Shown: positions 24,989 to 37,086 of the stretch, piece by piece
How the letters are laid out: each line of letters begins with the position of its first letter
Position numbering within the stretch: position 1 is the first letter of the stretch
Assembly (NCBI GenBank): GCA_048213135.1
Contig: PS015453.1
Span: forward strand, 104,983 to 160,593
Direction of reading: 5' to 3'
From: Reclinomonas americana ATCC 50394
Taxonomy: Eukaryota
Length of the DNA: 55,611 nt
The notes under the pieces: model-generated
Databases searched by the model: none
What the model was told of the DNA's origin: nothing
The model's input: only the letters and a program-made list of their open reading frames with translations
Made by a program: the position numbers and the translations under genes

Positions 24989-26842
24989 TGCTTTGGCAAT
25001 GTGCATTGACGTTTGGTCGCAACAGCGCCTGTGTTTGTGCAACTGTTTGAGCAGGTAAAGGGCAAACTTGACAACTTCAAGGGCTTCAGCTCGGCCCGAG
25101 CATTCCAGGTCAATCTGCTGGAGGAGCATGCGACTGACGCAGGTTTGAGTCTCTCAGAGGTGCGTGTCGCCTCCGAGAGCATGCACTGATTGCGGTCGCA
25201 GGTGGGCCGTATCGCGAGGTAATCACATTCCTCGGCGAGGACATGATGTCGGAGCGACTGGGTCTGTTTGTTGCCACGCCAAACACACGCAGTGGTCTCG
25301 GCGTCGACCGTGATTTGGTGCGCTGCTATGCTCATCTGTTGCCGCCGCTGGATATCGTGCGCGAGCTCATTCTCTTGGTGAGCAGTTTGTGCCGAATCCG
25401 ACGCGCACGTCGGCCTTGGATTTGCAATACTACGAGCTGCTGGGTGTGCTGATGGGTGTGGCGATTGTCTCCAATGACGCTCTGCCCATGGATCTCTCGC
25501 CATTCTTCTACCGGCTGGTGGTGCGTTGCTGGGAGACGGAACTCGGCTCGCTTTTCTTGGACTTACCAAGTGTTGTTGCGCGTGCGTGCGTGTAGTGTGG
25601 CGATCCGTCGACACTGGACGCCTACAATGTGTTTGTCGACAGTCTGTTGCGCCCTGAGCGCCCAGTGCAAATTGTGCCTGGTTTGTCGTCGAGTGTGCAT
25701 CATGTGTGGCACTGCACGTTTGTTAAACAATGAGTGTGCAGGCACAACATTCTCAGCGTACCTGGCCGACGGTGTAACCATGGTACCGCTGTCGCCGTCG
25801 GTGGATGCCACCACCCCGGTCACGTGCGTTACCGTTTTGTTTGTTTGTTGGCACTTGCAGTTTTTGTGGTGACAAACTGTTGGTATGGATTAGGGAGGAG
25901 AACTGGGATCACTACGCGCAGCTGCTGGTGGCGTGCCAGCTGAATCAGTTCAGCGAACAGGTCTGGGTGGACTTTGTTTGCCTGAAAGCTTCCTGCAATG
26001 TGAGAGTTGTGACGTGGTGTCGTCCAGGTGGCTGCGGTGCGCCGTGGACTCGAACGTCTCGTGCCTCTCGATGCACTCGCACTGCTCGCTGCTGGTGAGT
26101 TGGAGGAGCAGGTGTGCGGACCGTCGATTATCACGGTCGACGACTTGAAGGTGTGTGAGTGGGCGTGCAGCAGTCATCGCGATGCATGCTGATCTCACCG
26201 AATGCAGGCGGTCATGCAAGTGCCCGAGTCCGAAGCTCCCATGTTTTGGCGCTGTATGGAACTGTTCACTCCGCGTGAACGCTCGCTCCTGCTTCGGTGC
26301 GATCATTTTCGTTTGTAAACGTTGTCTCGTGCGTGTGGCTGATGTTTTTCGTGCAGTTTTGCCAGTGGCCGTGGTCGTTTGCCTCGCGATCGATCGTCGG
26401 TCACCATTCGAGTTGCGTTTGCAAACTGTGCCTCTTTTTTTCTATTCGACACCGAAGTGACGCTCTCTTCTGCAGGTCATGGTGTCCGGCACCAACACAC
26501 TCCCTCGGGCTGGCACGTGCAGTTCGACACTCGTTGCGTTATCATCATGAGGCAGTCGTCTGTTGTGCATTCGTCTCACATGTGTTGCTTTCACGACGCA
26601 GTACTTGCCCGTGTATTCGGATCTGAATGTGCGTGTGTGCTTTTGTGCTGCTTTTCTGTGGTTGTCAACTGCATCCTGTGTGACTTATGTCCTCCCCCAT
26701 TTGCTGCAGTTGATGGCGGAGAACTTGCGTCTGGTTCGCTCTTTTTGCGTTTGTGAGTGCATGTTTTGGGGGGCATGTGTTGACTGTTTTTGTTTTCGTG
26801 CTCTCGCAGGCTATTCACTGCTGCAGCATCGACAACGATTGA
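11893..26842 (+). CDS. Giant HECT-type E3 ubiquitin ligase with CPH and SPRY-like domains, about 60 introns (start uncertain)
   Basis: C-terminal HECT: FQVNLLEEHATDAGGPYREV, LFVATPN, YYELLGVLMGVAI, QVAAVRRGL, ELEEQVCG, LLRFASGRGRLP, LPRAGTCSSTLYLPVYSDLNLMAENLRLAIHCCSIDND* (catalytic Cys). SPRY-like VLYFEMVV...VIGAGIDLTAGHLWITEDG (~21890-22150). CPH-like DDFPGRDEYVQYMRDTLQVGFRVECIEAYGLVQVGDVG (~20133-20340). Confidence 0.88.
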
Positions 26843-26927
26843 GCTGCGCCGCAGTGCAGAGTGGAGCAAGAATGCGACAAAAATGTTGCTGGAATACACT
26901 TTCTCTTGTACGACGTAATAATCTTAA

Positions 26928-29900
26928 TCAGTCGGCACCGTCCGATGATAACGCGCCAGCCGGTCGGAGTCGTGTCTCCTCTTCCTCGGCGTCGCCTGAC
27001 CACATGGCGGTGTTTGTTATTTCCGTGGCCGCCTTGCCTGTGACAACCTCGTCGTCCAGTCGCCTCCACCAGACAAAGTACAGGGAGACGAACATGCTGG
27101 CCACAATGGCACCGAGCACCAGCGAGGCCGCCCAGTTCATCACCACCACGCACTGCAGCCGAGCCGCGTCAGGTTAGCAGAGACACAATTGCGAAAAGTT
27201 GATGGTGATCACCGAACCATCAGGAACACAAAGAGGAGAATTTGCCCAGGCACTGCGATCACCAAGCTGACGACATCCCACGCATTCTCCCTCCGCACGC
27301 GCTTCAGCATCTCCTTCTCCATGCCGTGGCGCACTGGACCCCAGAATCCGAACGGACTACGCAAATGCAAGGGGAGGCAGCAGTCAGCCGGTGCGTGCAG
27401 TAGCAGCGCCCACACACTACGCACCGAGTGCACGTGTAGAACTTGCGCAGGGCGGCTATCGGAGACAAAACAATAGCAACAGCAGGACGACCGTAAGCAA
27501 CGTCGCACGGAGAGAGAGAGAGAGAGAGGGAGAGGATGAGTACGCACCCATGTCTGTTTCTGGAGTGAAACACGAGCCCACAATCGTGCCCACAAACGAG
27601 ATGCTGGCCGCGATGATGAAGCTATAGTATTCGGGAATGCCGGAGGCAAAGGCCTTGGTGAAGACCGCGGCAATCATGCCGCAGCCAGTGCCGATAGCAA
27701 ATCCCCAACCATTGATGCGCCAGTGATACCAGCGCAGGAAGAGTGGAATGTACATGCCGACACCAATGCTCATGGTCAGCCAGCCCCTGCTCATGTGTGA
27801 GAATGCCGAAATATATAGCATGCAAGCGAGTGACTGCGGCACACACCAAATCTCGTTAATGTCCGAAATGAACAGCGTGGGGATGATGCCGAGAATGACA
27901 ATGGCCACACTCGACAAGCGGCTGTGCCACATGAGCGTGCGCTGCGTCGCATTTTGCGAAATGTACGTCTGGTACAAGTCGCGCACCCAGTACGAGGCAC
28001 CACAGTTGACCGTGGAGTCAAAGGTGCTCATGGCGGCCGACAACATGGCGGCTACCAGCAGGCCTTTGAAACCGGTGGGCACCAGTGTGCTGATGACGAC
28101 CGGGATCACACGCTCCGGATCCTGAATGGTCACCGTGGACGTTGCGGTGGCATTGATTCCAAGCATGGCCATGCCAACGATAAATGGCCACCGGAAACCA
28201 AGCAGCACGGTCCACAGTGCCGTAATCTTCCCGACTTCCACGTCGTCCTTCGCCGACAGGTACCGCTGTGCCATGTAGCCACTGTGCGAGGTGTCGAGAG
28301 TGAGACGGGCGGTGACAAGAAATGCGACTCGATCACCGCACACACCTCGGACCACCGAGCCCCTCTATCGTGGTTTTCACTGCGCATGAGATGTGTGAGT
28401 GGCGCACTTCACGAGTGCTGTCTGTAGAGATGAACACAGACGTACTTAGGTAGAATATAATGGCCACGCCTAGCACGACGACAAGTCAGCAACATGAACT
28501 GCTGCGAGAAAAATAGCAATCCACGCATGGCGCGCACCGAATCGATTGTAAATGTCGTAGGTGGAGTCTGCAGGGAAGTTGAGGGACCACGACGGCACTG
28601 GCGACGTCCAGTCGGCGCGGTCAACAGAGTGAGCGCGGAAGCCGCCACCAATGAGCGGTACTGAGACCATGAAGTTCTCCGGCAGCACCACCTGTTCGCC
28701 ACGTGCATGATAAACACGCACATGTGACCGCGGTTGACGGAGAATAAACACACACCTCGATCATGGCGCGAACGACAATATAAAGAATGCTCTGCGCAGG
28801 CACAATGAATACGCGCACGTGCGAGCAAGCTTGAACGCACACAGAACACACCAGCAGAATGAGCAGAGCCTGGAACACGTCGGTCCACACCACACCTGAC
28901 ACACAGACAGGGCGCGGTTGGGAGAGAGAGAGAGAGAGAGAGACGTACAATAGGGAGACACACATACCGTAGAGGCCAGAAGCTGCCGTGTAAATCAAGG
29001 AGAGCCCGACCAGGATCATGGACGACCAAAACTGACGTGACCAGTGAGCAGAGTGGTGGTGATCGAGTGAGTGGGAGGAGCAGACCTCATTGGACAAGCC
29101 GAGCCAATTGCCAATGTCCATGAACTCGGCAAAGAACTTGCCGGCACCAACCGCAAAGTAGGTGATTTGCAGAATGGTGCTAATGAGCGATGCGACAGCA
29201 CTGAGAATGCGCGCAGCATCACCCTCGCGCCCGTTGCCGAAGCGCAATTGCATCCACTCGGCACTGGTCATCACCTACCGCAATTGGTGAGCGTACATGG
29301 GGACGAAGACCCAACGAGAGGGGAAAAAAGACAACGCACCCCGCTGCGACGCGTCCATTTGCCTTGGAAGGCGAGCAGGAAGGCCAGCATCAGTGACACA
29401 CCGCCTCGGATCTGCAGCACCGGTTATAAACGAGATCTCTCACACGCATCCGTGTTATCCACACGCACCTCAATGTACAGCCCACTGACGCCAATCACAA
29501 ACACGAATGCCGTATTGATCATCGTGCCTGCACGGAAACCGACACTCAGTCATTTCACCCACCCTGCGCGCAGAGAGCACACCACACAGTACCAGACACG
29601 TCCAAGTTACTGGCCATTCCCGATGCCGCCAAACACCACCACTGTGCGAGGGAGAGAAATAAACAAGACAAACTGCACGCATGCATGCGCCCAAATCTGT
29701 GTCTCGTGCGCTTCTCTCGCAGACTGCTCTCTCTCTCTCTCATGTACACACACACAGGCGCACGCTGCGAGCACACACTATGCACACACCGGAATCTGTC
29801 TTGAACCCAAAAAGTAGGCTCCGAGACCAGCTTCTGCGCCTCCTGAGCTGCTTCGTGCCATGGCCTTGCTCAGCTGTCGCTGTGCAATCAGGCCAACCGC

Positions 29901-30049
29901 CACAATGCCAGCCATGTACACCACAATCAACACACTGCATAGCAAGACAAGGAATGGACACAGACATCAGTCCTCCACACTTCTCACTCTCTCTTGCTCT
30001 CGCGCGCGCGATCTCTCGTACGCAACATGTCGACTACGGCGAGTCCCAT
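26928..30049 (-). CDS. Sodium:solute symporter (SSS/SLC5 family), about 16 exons
   Basis: MGLAVVDIVLIVVYMAGIVAVG, AYFLGSRQIPWWCLAASGMASNLDVSGTMI, WTRRSGVMTSAEWMQLRFG, SGLYGVVWTDVFQ, GYMAQRYLSAKD, GFKGLLVAAMLSAAMSTFDSTVNCGASYWVRDLY, and many hydrophobic helices. Confidence 0.92.
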
Positions 30050-30172
30050 GGTGAATGGGAGAGGAGGAGGAGGGTGGCCTTCCGTGCTCTCTTTACTTTG
30101 CAAATTTGTGCCACGTTGACTCACGTCACCTGCATTGTCCTTCACGCACACGCTCACACACGCCGACGCAAG

Positions 30173-30434
30173 GTGAGTACATGTAGTTGCAGTCACTGCC
30201 CTTCACTCGTCGATGTGCACTGTCGAGGGCGAGTACCATGCACGGTGTGAGGGGTAGAGAGAGAAGAGGTGTCAATTGCCACTCGACGCAAGACAACTCA
30301 CGCACACACACTCAGTCGCCCATCTCTATCTGCGTGTGCGTACCACTCCCCGCCTGCACCTCACTCACCATCTCTCCCTTTGTGTGCGCGTGCGTGTGTG
30401 TGTGTGTGTGCGTATGTGTGTGATTCACCAGCAG
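30173..30434 (+). other. Probable 5'-UTR intron of Sec1 paralogue A
   Basis: AG|GTGAGT donor at 30173, (GT)n tract, and CAG acceptor ending at 30434, 11 nt upstream of the ATG. Confidence 0.5.
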
Positions 30435-30445
30435 GGGTGTGCATC

Positions 30446-33400
30446 ATGGCGTCGTCATCAGCGGCAGCGAGCAGTGGCAACGGCTTCAAGTGCGAAGCTG
30501 ATCATCCCAAGTACGAAGGCGATTTGCGTCGCTTGTCCAAGGAGCGCATTCTGAATGAGATGTTTCGCGCGCTTCCGTCGGACGCTGGCATGTGGCGCGT
30601 GCTCGTCGTCGATGCGTACGCCATGCGTGTCCTCGATGCGGCCTGTGGCATGCGCGACGTCATGGACACCAACATCTCTGGTGAGGCAGGCGTCGCCTTT
30701 GACATCATCATCATTGTCGTTGTAATCATTGCCCATGAGTGCAGTGATTGAACGGCTGGAGCTTCGGCGTGAGCCCTTCCCCGACCTGGAGGCTGTGTAC
30801 TTTATCCAGCCGACAGAGGCCTCGGTGCGAGCCATTGTGGCGGACTTGACGGCGTCTCGTGACGGCCCAATGTACAACTCGGCGTGGGTGTGTTTCACGT
30901 CGGCGGTCGGCAAGAATCTGCGCATGGCGCTGGAGGAGCCGCGTGTGGCCAAGTACCTGCACAACATTCACGAACTCAATCTCGACTACTGGGTGATGGA
31001 GAGCCGAGTGTTCTCGCTGGGTCGGCCAGAGAGCTTCTATCGGATGTACTCGGACAGCGATTACGCCTTTGTGAAACGCGATCAGGAGCTGTCGCAGCTC
31101 GGCGAGCGTCTCGTCACCGTGTGCACCACGTTCCACGAGTTCCCGCACGTGCGCTACTCGGTCGGCGACGAGTCGTGTGAGGTGCTGGCGCAGCGTTTCG
31201 AGGCGCTGATGGAGAACTTCTTGTCGAAACCCAACTCGTTTGTGGTGCGTTTCTGTTGTGCATGTGTGCGTGTGGTTGTGTAGATCACGTATCTCTCTCT
31301 TTGCAGCCTGTGCCAGAGCGTGGCACTCTGTTGATCATTGACCGACGGTACGACATGGTTACTCCCGTGTACCACGATTACCACTTCCAGTCGTTGGCTC
31401 GCGACATGCTAAAGATCGAAAACAACATTTACGAGTACGAGTCCAGCGAGGATGCTACGGGTCTCGGCGGTCGCCAGAAGGGTGTGATTGGCGACGCCAA
31501 TGATTTGTGGCGCCGCGTCAGGCATCTGCATCTGGCCGATGTGGCGCCGTTTGTGCAAAACTACGGCAACGATTTGGAACAGAACTCGACACTGGCACGC
31601 TACGAGAAGACCAAGGTGTGCAGGCGCTTGATCATTGTGCACGCTGACACCGCACGAGTGTACTCACGAACGGGCGTTTGCAGAGTCGTGAGANNNNNNN
31701 NNNNNNNNNNNNNNNNNNNNNNNNNNNNNNNNNNNNNNNNNNNNNNNNNNNNNNNNNNNNNNNNNNNNNNNNNNNNNNNNNNNNNNNNNNNNNNNNNNNN
31801 NNNNNNNNNNNNNNNNNNNNNNNNNNNNNNNNNNNNNNNNNNNNNNNNNNNNNNNNNNNNNNNNNNNNNNNNNNNNNNNNNNNNNNNNNNNNNNNNNNNN
31901 NNNNNNNNNNNNNNNNNNNNNNNNNNNNNNNNNNNNNNNNNNNNNNNNNNNNNNNNNNNNNNNNNNNNNNNNNNNNNNNNNNNNNNNNNNNNNNNNNNNN
32001 NNNNNNNNNNNNNNNNNNNNNNNNNNNNNNNNNNNNNNNNNNNNNNNNNNNNNNNNNNNNNNNNNNNNNNNNNNNNNNNNNNNNNNNNNNNNNNNNNNNN
32101 NNNNNNNNNNNNNNNNNNNNNNNNNNNNNNNNNNNNNNNNNNNNNNNNNNNNNNNNNNNNNNNNNNNNNNNNNNNNNNNNNNNNNNNNNNNNNNNNNNNN
32201 NNNNNNNNNNNNNNNNNNNNNNNNNNNNNNNNNNNNNNNNNNNNNNNNNNNNNNNNNNNNNNNNNNNNNNNNNNNNNNNNNNNNNNNNNNNNNNNNNNNN
32301 NNNNNNNNNNNNNNNNNNNNNNNNNNNNNNNNNNNNNNNNNNNNNNNNNNNNNNNNNNNNNNNNNNNNNNNNNNNNNNNNNNNNNNNNNNNNNNNNNNNN
32401 NNNNNNNNNNNNNNNNNNNNNNNNNNNNNNNNNNNNNNNNNNNNNNNNNNNNNNNNNNNNNNNNNNNNNNNNNNNNNNNNNNNNNNNNNNNNNNNNNNNN
32501 NNNNNNNNNNNNNNNNNNNNNNNNNNNNNNNNNNNNNNNNNNNNNNNNNNNNNNNNNNNNNNNNNNNNNNNNNNNNNNNNNNNNNNNNNNNNNNNNNNNN
32601 NNNNNNNNNNNNNNNNNNNNNNNNNNNNNNCGAGCAATCTGCGAGATCTGCTGCGTCAGATTCCAGCCTACGCGCAGCAAGTGCAAGAATTCAGCACCGT
32701 GTACTCGGGAACGCAGACGATTTTCAACGAGGAGCGTCGTCGTCACTTGCGTCAACTGGCCATGTTTGAGGAGGACTTGGTGATGGGTGTAGATACGGAC
32801 GGCAACAAGATCAAGGACGCCTACAAGCGACTGCTGCAAGTGGTGACCGAGGCAGGCGATGCTCCGTTGCGTGCAGCGCGAACTGTCGCGTATCTGCCAG
32901 CAACTTGATCTTACGCACATGGTGTTGCATGCGTGCAGACCAATCGACCTGGTGCGCATGCTGATGGTGTACATCAAGGCCGTTGGTGGCCTCACCGACG
33001 ATCAGCGCGAGACGGTTCTCGGTCGGCTGGATCTCGATCCCGATAATGGAGTTGCGTGTGGTAGTAGTACGTTGTGCCACACCACACGCACGTCCCTTTT
33101 GTGCTGACGTGGGCTTTCGCCTGCAGCTGGAGGATGCGCTCCGTTGCCTGCGCCACCTCGGTGTGCCAGTCACGTCGCAGGATCGCAAAATCGGCCGTCG
33201 TGAGCTGAAGGAGAGTGAACGGTCGAAGGAGTTGCGCCGACTGCGGAAACCCGGCGAGGAGTACACTGTGCTCGACAGACATATGCCACAGCTGGCCGAC
33301 ATTTTGACGGTGTGTCTATGTGTATACGCGTATCAATCAGATGTGTCCGCAAGCTCAACGCTGTGTGCGTGTCTGCAGCGACTTGTGGACAATCAGCTTT

Positions 33401-34031
33401 CGGTGGAGGAGTTCCCGTTCCTGAAACCTCCACCAGAGGATCCGTCGGTGAATGCCGCCAGCCGACGCCGCCGCCCGAGGCACAAGGTATGTCGTCTGTC
33501 GTTGACGCAGAGAAGGCAAGTGTGGGCGGTGGTGACTCATACTATTCTGCAGTCCTCTCGCACCATTGTGTTCATCATGGGTGCGGTGACGTATTCGGAG
33601 TTGCGCGCCGTGTACAAGGTGGCCAAGGACAAGGAGGTCGACATTATCATCGGTAGGCGTTGACACGGCTTGTGTTTTTCGGTCGCAGATGCTCACTCTC
33701 CACATGCACGCAGGTTCCGGCGAAGTTTGCAGCAGCGTGCGTTTCATCGAGCTGTTGAGCGAGCTGGATGAGGATGAACCACGTGCTCTCAACCCGAACT
33801 CTCACCGGTACGTCATCTCACTCTGCACCCTTCTCCACCTTCTCTCTGTCTGACATGCTTCTCTGTCGTGACAGTCCCGATGTGCGAGCACTGCGAGGCA
33901 AGCCAGCCACTCTTCAGACGGCACCATCGCGCCTCAATCCGGCACCCGAAGACAGCGGCGGCTTGCGCCGCGGTGGGGGCACAGGGGCTTCGGGTTCCCG
34001 CGACCCCTTTGGTGGATTTAGCGACGAGTAG
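30446..34031 (+). CDS. SEC1: Sec1/Munc18 (SM) family vesicle-fusion protein, paralogue A (N gap inside an intron region)
   Basis: WRVLVVDAYAMRVLDAACGMRDVM, IERLELRREPFPDLEAVYFIQPT, LVTVCTTFHEFPHVRY, TLLIIDRRYDMVTPVYHDYHFQSL, FEEDLVMGVD, RTIVFIMGAVTYSELRAVY, DIIIGS. Confidence 0.93.
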
Positions 34032-34102
34032 AAGTGAGCGCACAAGGCAGAGCTGGCGGCAAATTATATGTACACTGATTGCAATTGGGTCTTGATTACT
34101 TA

Positions 34103-34137
<35 letters not shown>

Positions 34138-34208
34138 TTGGCTACTCTCCTGATTGGTTGCTTCAGTTACCGTCTCTCTCCCTCTCACTCTCAATCTCCA
34201 TTTGTTAT

Positions 34209-34583
34209 CTACACCACTGTGGCCATGCATTCCTGCAGAGCCTTGCAGAGCTGCGTCGCCAGGCCTGGGGGTGGCGGAAGACCGACGATGGCGCGAACGA
34301 GTTCTTCGTCGTCGCGCTTTCGTGCAATGACCTTGTCGTCGCCGAGTACCTCCGCAAAGGCCAGCTGACACACGCCCGACACATGCTTCGCTCTGTCGCC
34401 GTCACCCGGCACATTCTCGAAGTACACCTCCAGCACGCCGCCACCAGCCTTGCGGAAGCGGACTCCCGACGGCGGACAACCGGGCAGCTGTCGGTGCAGC
34501 TGCACGAGCAGCTGGCACGCCAAGTCGCGACCTGCAAACGAACCGGTCTCGGAGGGACGTACTGCGGCACGAGCGGCGATTTT
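34209..34583 (-). CDS. Terminal exon of a hypothetical protein (5' part lies in the gap)
   Basis: (CT)n intron tract and CAG acceptor followed by a 124-codon open frame KIAARAAVRP...LQECMATVV*. Confidence 0.55.
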   Translation of the reverse strand, partial: KIAARAAVRPSETGSFAGRDLACQLLVQLHRQLPGCPPSGVRFRKAGGGVLEVYFENVPGDGDRAKHVSGVCQLAFAEVLGDDKVIARKRDDEELVRAIVGLPPPPGLATQLCKALQECMATVV

Positions 34584-34604
34584 CTGCATTGCGCGCATGT
34601 GTGT

Positions 34605-34608
<4 letters not shown>

Positions 34609-34682
<74 letters not shown>
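34609..34682. repeat. (GA)n microsatellite
   Basis: About 36 GA units adjacent to a gap. Confidence 0.9.
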
Positions 34683-34683
<1 letters not shown>

Positions 34684-35555
34684 GACGACGAGACGNNNNN
34701 NNNNNNNNNNNNNNNNNNNNNNNNNNNNNNNNNNNNNNNNNNNNNNNNNNNNNNNNNNNNNNNNNNNNNNNNNNNNNNNNNNNNNNNNNNNNNNNNNNNN
34801 NNNNNNNNNNNNNNNNNNNNNNNNNNNNNNNNNNNNNNNNNNNNNNNNNNNNNNNNNNNNNNNNNNNNNNNNNNNNNNNNNNNNNNNNNNNNNNNNNNNN
34901 NNNNNNNNNNNNNNNNNNNNNNNNNNNNNNNNNNNNNNNNNNNNNNNNNNNNNNNNNNNNNNNNNNNNNNNNNNNNNNNNNNNNNNNNNNNNNNNNNNNN
35001 NNNNNNNNNNNNNNNNNNNNNNNNNNNNNNNNNNNNNNNNNNNNNNNNNNNNNNNNNNNNNNNNNNNNNNNNNNNNNNNNNNNNNNNNNNNNNNNNNNNN
35101 NNNNNNNNNNNNNNNNNNNNNNNNNNNNNNNNNNNNNNNNNNNNNNNNNNNNNNNNNNNNNNNNNNNNNNNNNNNNNNNNNNNNNNNNNNNNNNNNNNNN
35201 NNNNNNNNNNNNNNNNNNNNNNNNNNNNNNNNNNNNNNNNNNNNNNNNNNNNNNNNNNNNNNNNNNNNNNNNNNNNNNNNNNNNNNNNNNNNNNNNNNNN
35301 NNNNNNNNNNNNNNNNNNNNNNNNNNNNNNNNNNNNNNNNNNNNNNNNNNNNNNNNNNNNNNNNNNNNNNNNNNNNNNNNNNNNNNNNNNNNNNNNNNNN
35401 NNNNNNNNNNNNNNNNNNNNNNNNNNNNNNNNNNNNNNNNNNNNNNNNNNNNNNNNNNNNNNNNNNNNNNNNNNNNNNNNNNNNNNNNNNNNNNNNNNNN
35501 NNNNNNNNNNNNNNNNNNNNNNNNNNNNNNNNNNNNNNNNNNNNNNNNNNNNNNN

Positions 35556-36630
35556 GCCTGGAGATGCGTGTCCCCCTGCCGGGCATGAGCAAGAAGCGCG
35601 GTACCAGCACACCGTGGGTACCCGGCGAGTGGCTGAAGGTGTCGAGCCAGCCCGGTACGTGAATGTGGTTGCACCTCGTGTGCACTTTCGCTTGACACCT
35701 CGCGCCCCGATGGTGTTAACACATTCAGCCAAACACTACCTCCGCGCCGTTACCACGACGTCGTTTGCTGCGCGAGTGGGCTGGGGTCTGGAGTGGCTGG
35801 AGGACATTGCTGAGCGTGCACCATGGGCCCTTCAGCACCAGTCGCTGTTCGACTTGCGTTACGAAATACGCGTGACCAGTGTGTCGGATGGCATTGAGTT
35901 GCTCCGTGTGAGGTGTGTGTGTGTCTGTGTGTATGACATGCTCTGGCGATGCCGCTGTTGCTCACTCGCCGTGGACACAGCGACATTGACCCGGAGGAGC
36001 GGCAACTGGATGTACCGGCACTGCTGCCTGGTCGCGACTATTTGGTGTCGATGATGGGCACGGCGCACTCGAGGCCACTGGACTTGCTCAATCTGCGCAC
36101 GCCGGCACTGGACGATGCAGCTGCCGTGGCATTTTTTGCGCCGCTGGTGGGCGAAGTACAAACGGCCGCCCTGGCGCTGGCCGAGCCGGAGCTTCTGCTC
36201 AAGATGCCCCGAGAAGGTGCGCTTCTCGAGTCTCTCCGGTCTCCCGTTCGCTGCTGTTGACTCACTATTGTGATGATGATCCTGCGTGCAGATACGGCAA
36301 CACTAGAGTCGACGGTAACAGTCTGCGCGTTGAATGCGATACGAGCACGTTGTGCTCCGGCCGCCACCAATGCCGACCCTCAAGACACAACCTCTGCTGC
36401 GCTGCGTCGGCGTGCAATGCGCGGCCTCCAGCCCGCGCTTGATCTGGTAAAGGAATGTGGCGCGCTGCACGGCGAGTTGCCCGAGGATGCAACCGAGGTC
36501 AGTCGCGACGTGTGTCTTCTCACGTCGTGCAGTGCGCTCACCAAGTGATGCAGCCGTCCGTGCCAGCCATGTCGGAGATGTTGGCCGACGAGCTGAATGC
36601 GCTCCTGCACGAAGTGCTGAACGTGGTGCA
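35556..36630 (+). CDS. Partial protein with a fibronectin type III-like domain (both ends lie in gaps)
   Basis: Spliced: ...AARVGWGLEW...LRYEIRVTSVSDGIELLRVSDIDPEERQLDVPALLPGRDYLVSM (FN3 L.PG..Y.V pattern). GT-AG introns at about 35655, 35903, 36217 and 36498. Confidence 0.55.
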
Positions 36631-37086
36631 GGTACACTCTCTGACTTGCCGTCGTGTGCTGNNNNNNNNNNNNNNNNNNNNNNNNNNNNNNNNNNNNNNN
36701 NNNNNNNNNNNNNNNNNNNNNNNNNNNNNNNNNNNNNNNNNNNNNNNNNNNNNNNNNNNNNNNNNNNNNNNNNNNNNNNNNNNNNNNNNNNNNNNNNNNN
36801 NNNNNNNNNNNNNNNNNNNNNNNNNNNNNNNNNNNNNNNNNNNNNNNNNNNNNNNNNNNNNNNNNNNNNNNNNNNNNNNNNNNNNNNNNNNNNNNNNNNN
36901 NNNNNNNNNNNNNNNNNNNNNNNNNNNNNNNNNNNNNNNNNNNNNNNNNNNNNNNNNNNNNNNNNNNNNNNNNNNNNNNNNNNNNNNNNNNNNNNNNNNN
37001 NNNNNNNNNNNNNNNNNNNNNNNNNNNNNNNNNNNNNNNNNNNNNNNNNNNNNNNNNNNNNNNNNNNNNNNNNNNNNNNNNNNNNN

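Noticed and set aside
32866-32938. Apparent non-canonical (TG-AG or TT-AG) introns at several junctions
   Set aside because: In every case examined, an in-phase GT donor of the GTTNMG type exists and gives a correct frame with the AG acceptor. Cutting one base later would frameshift conserved motifs.
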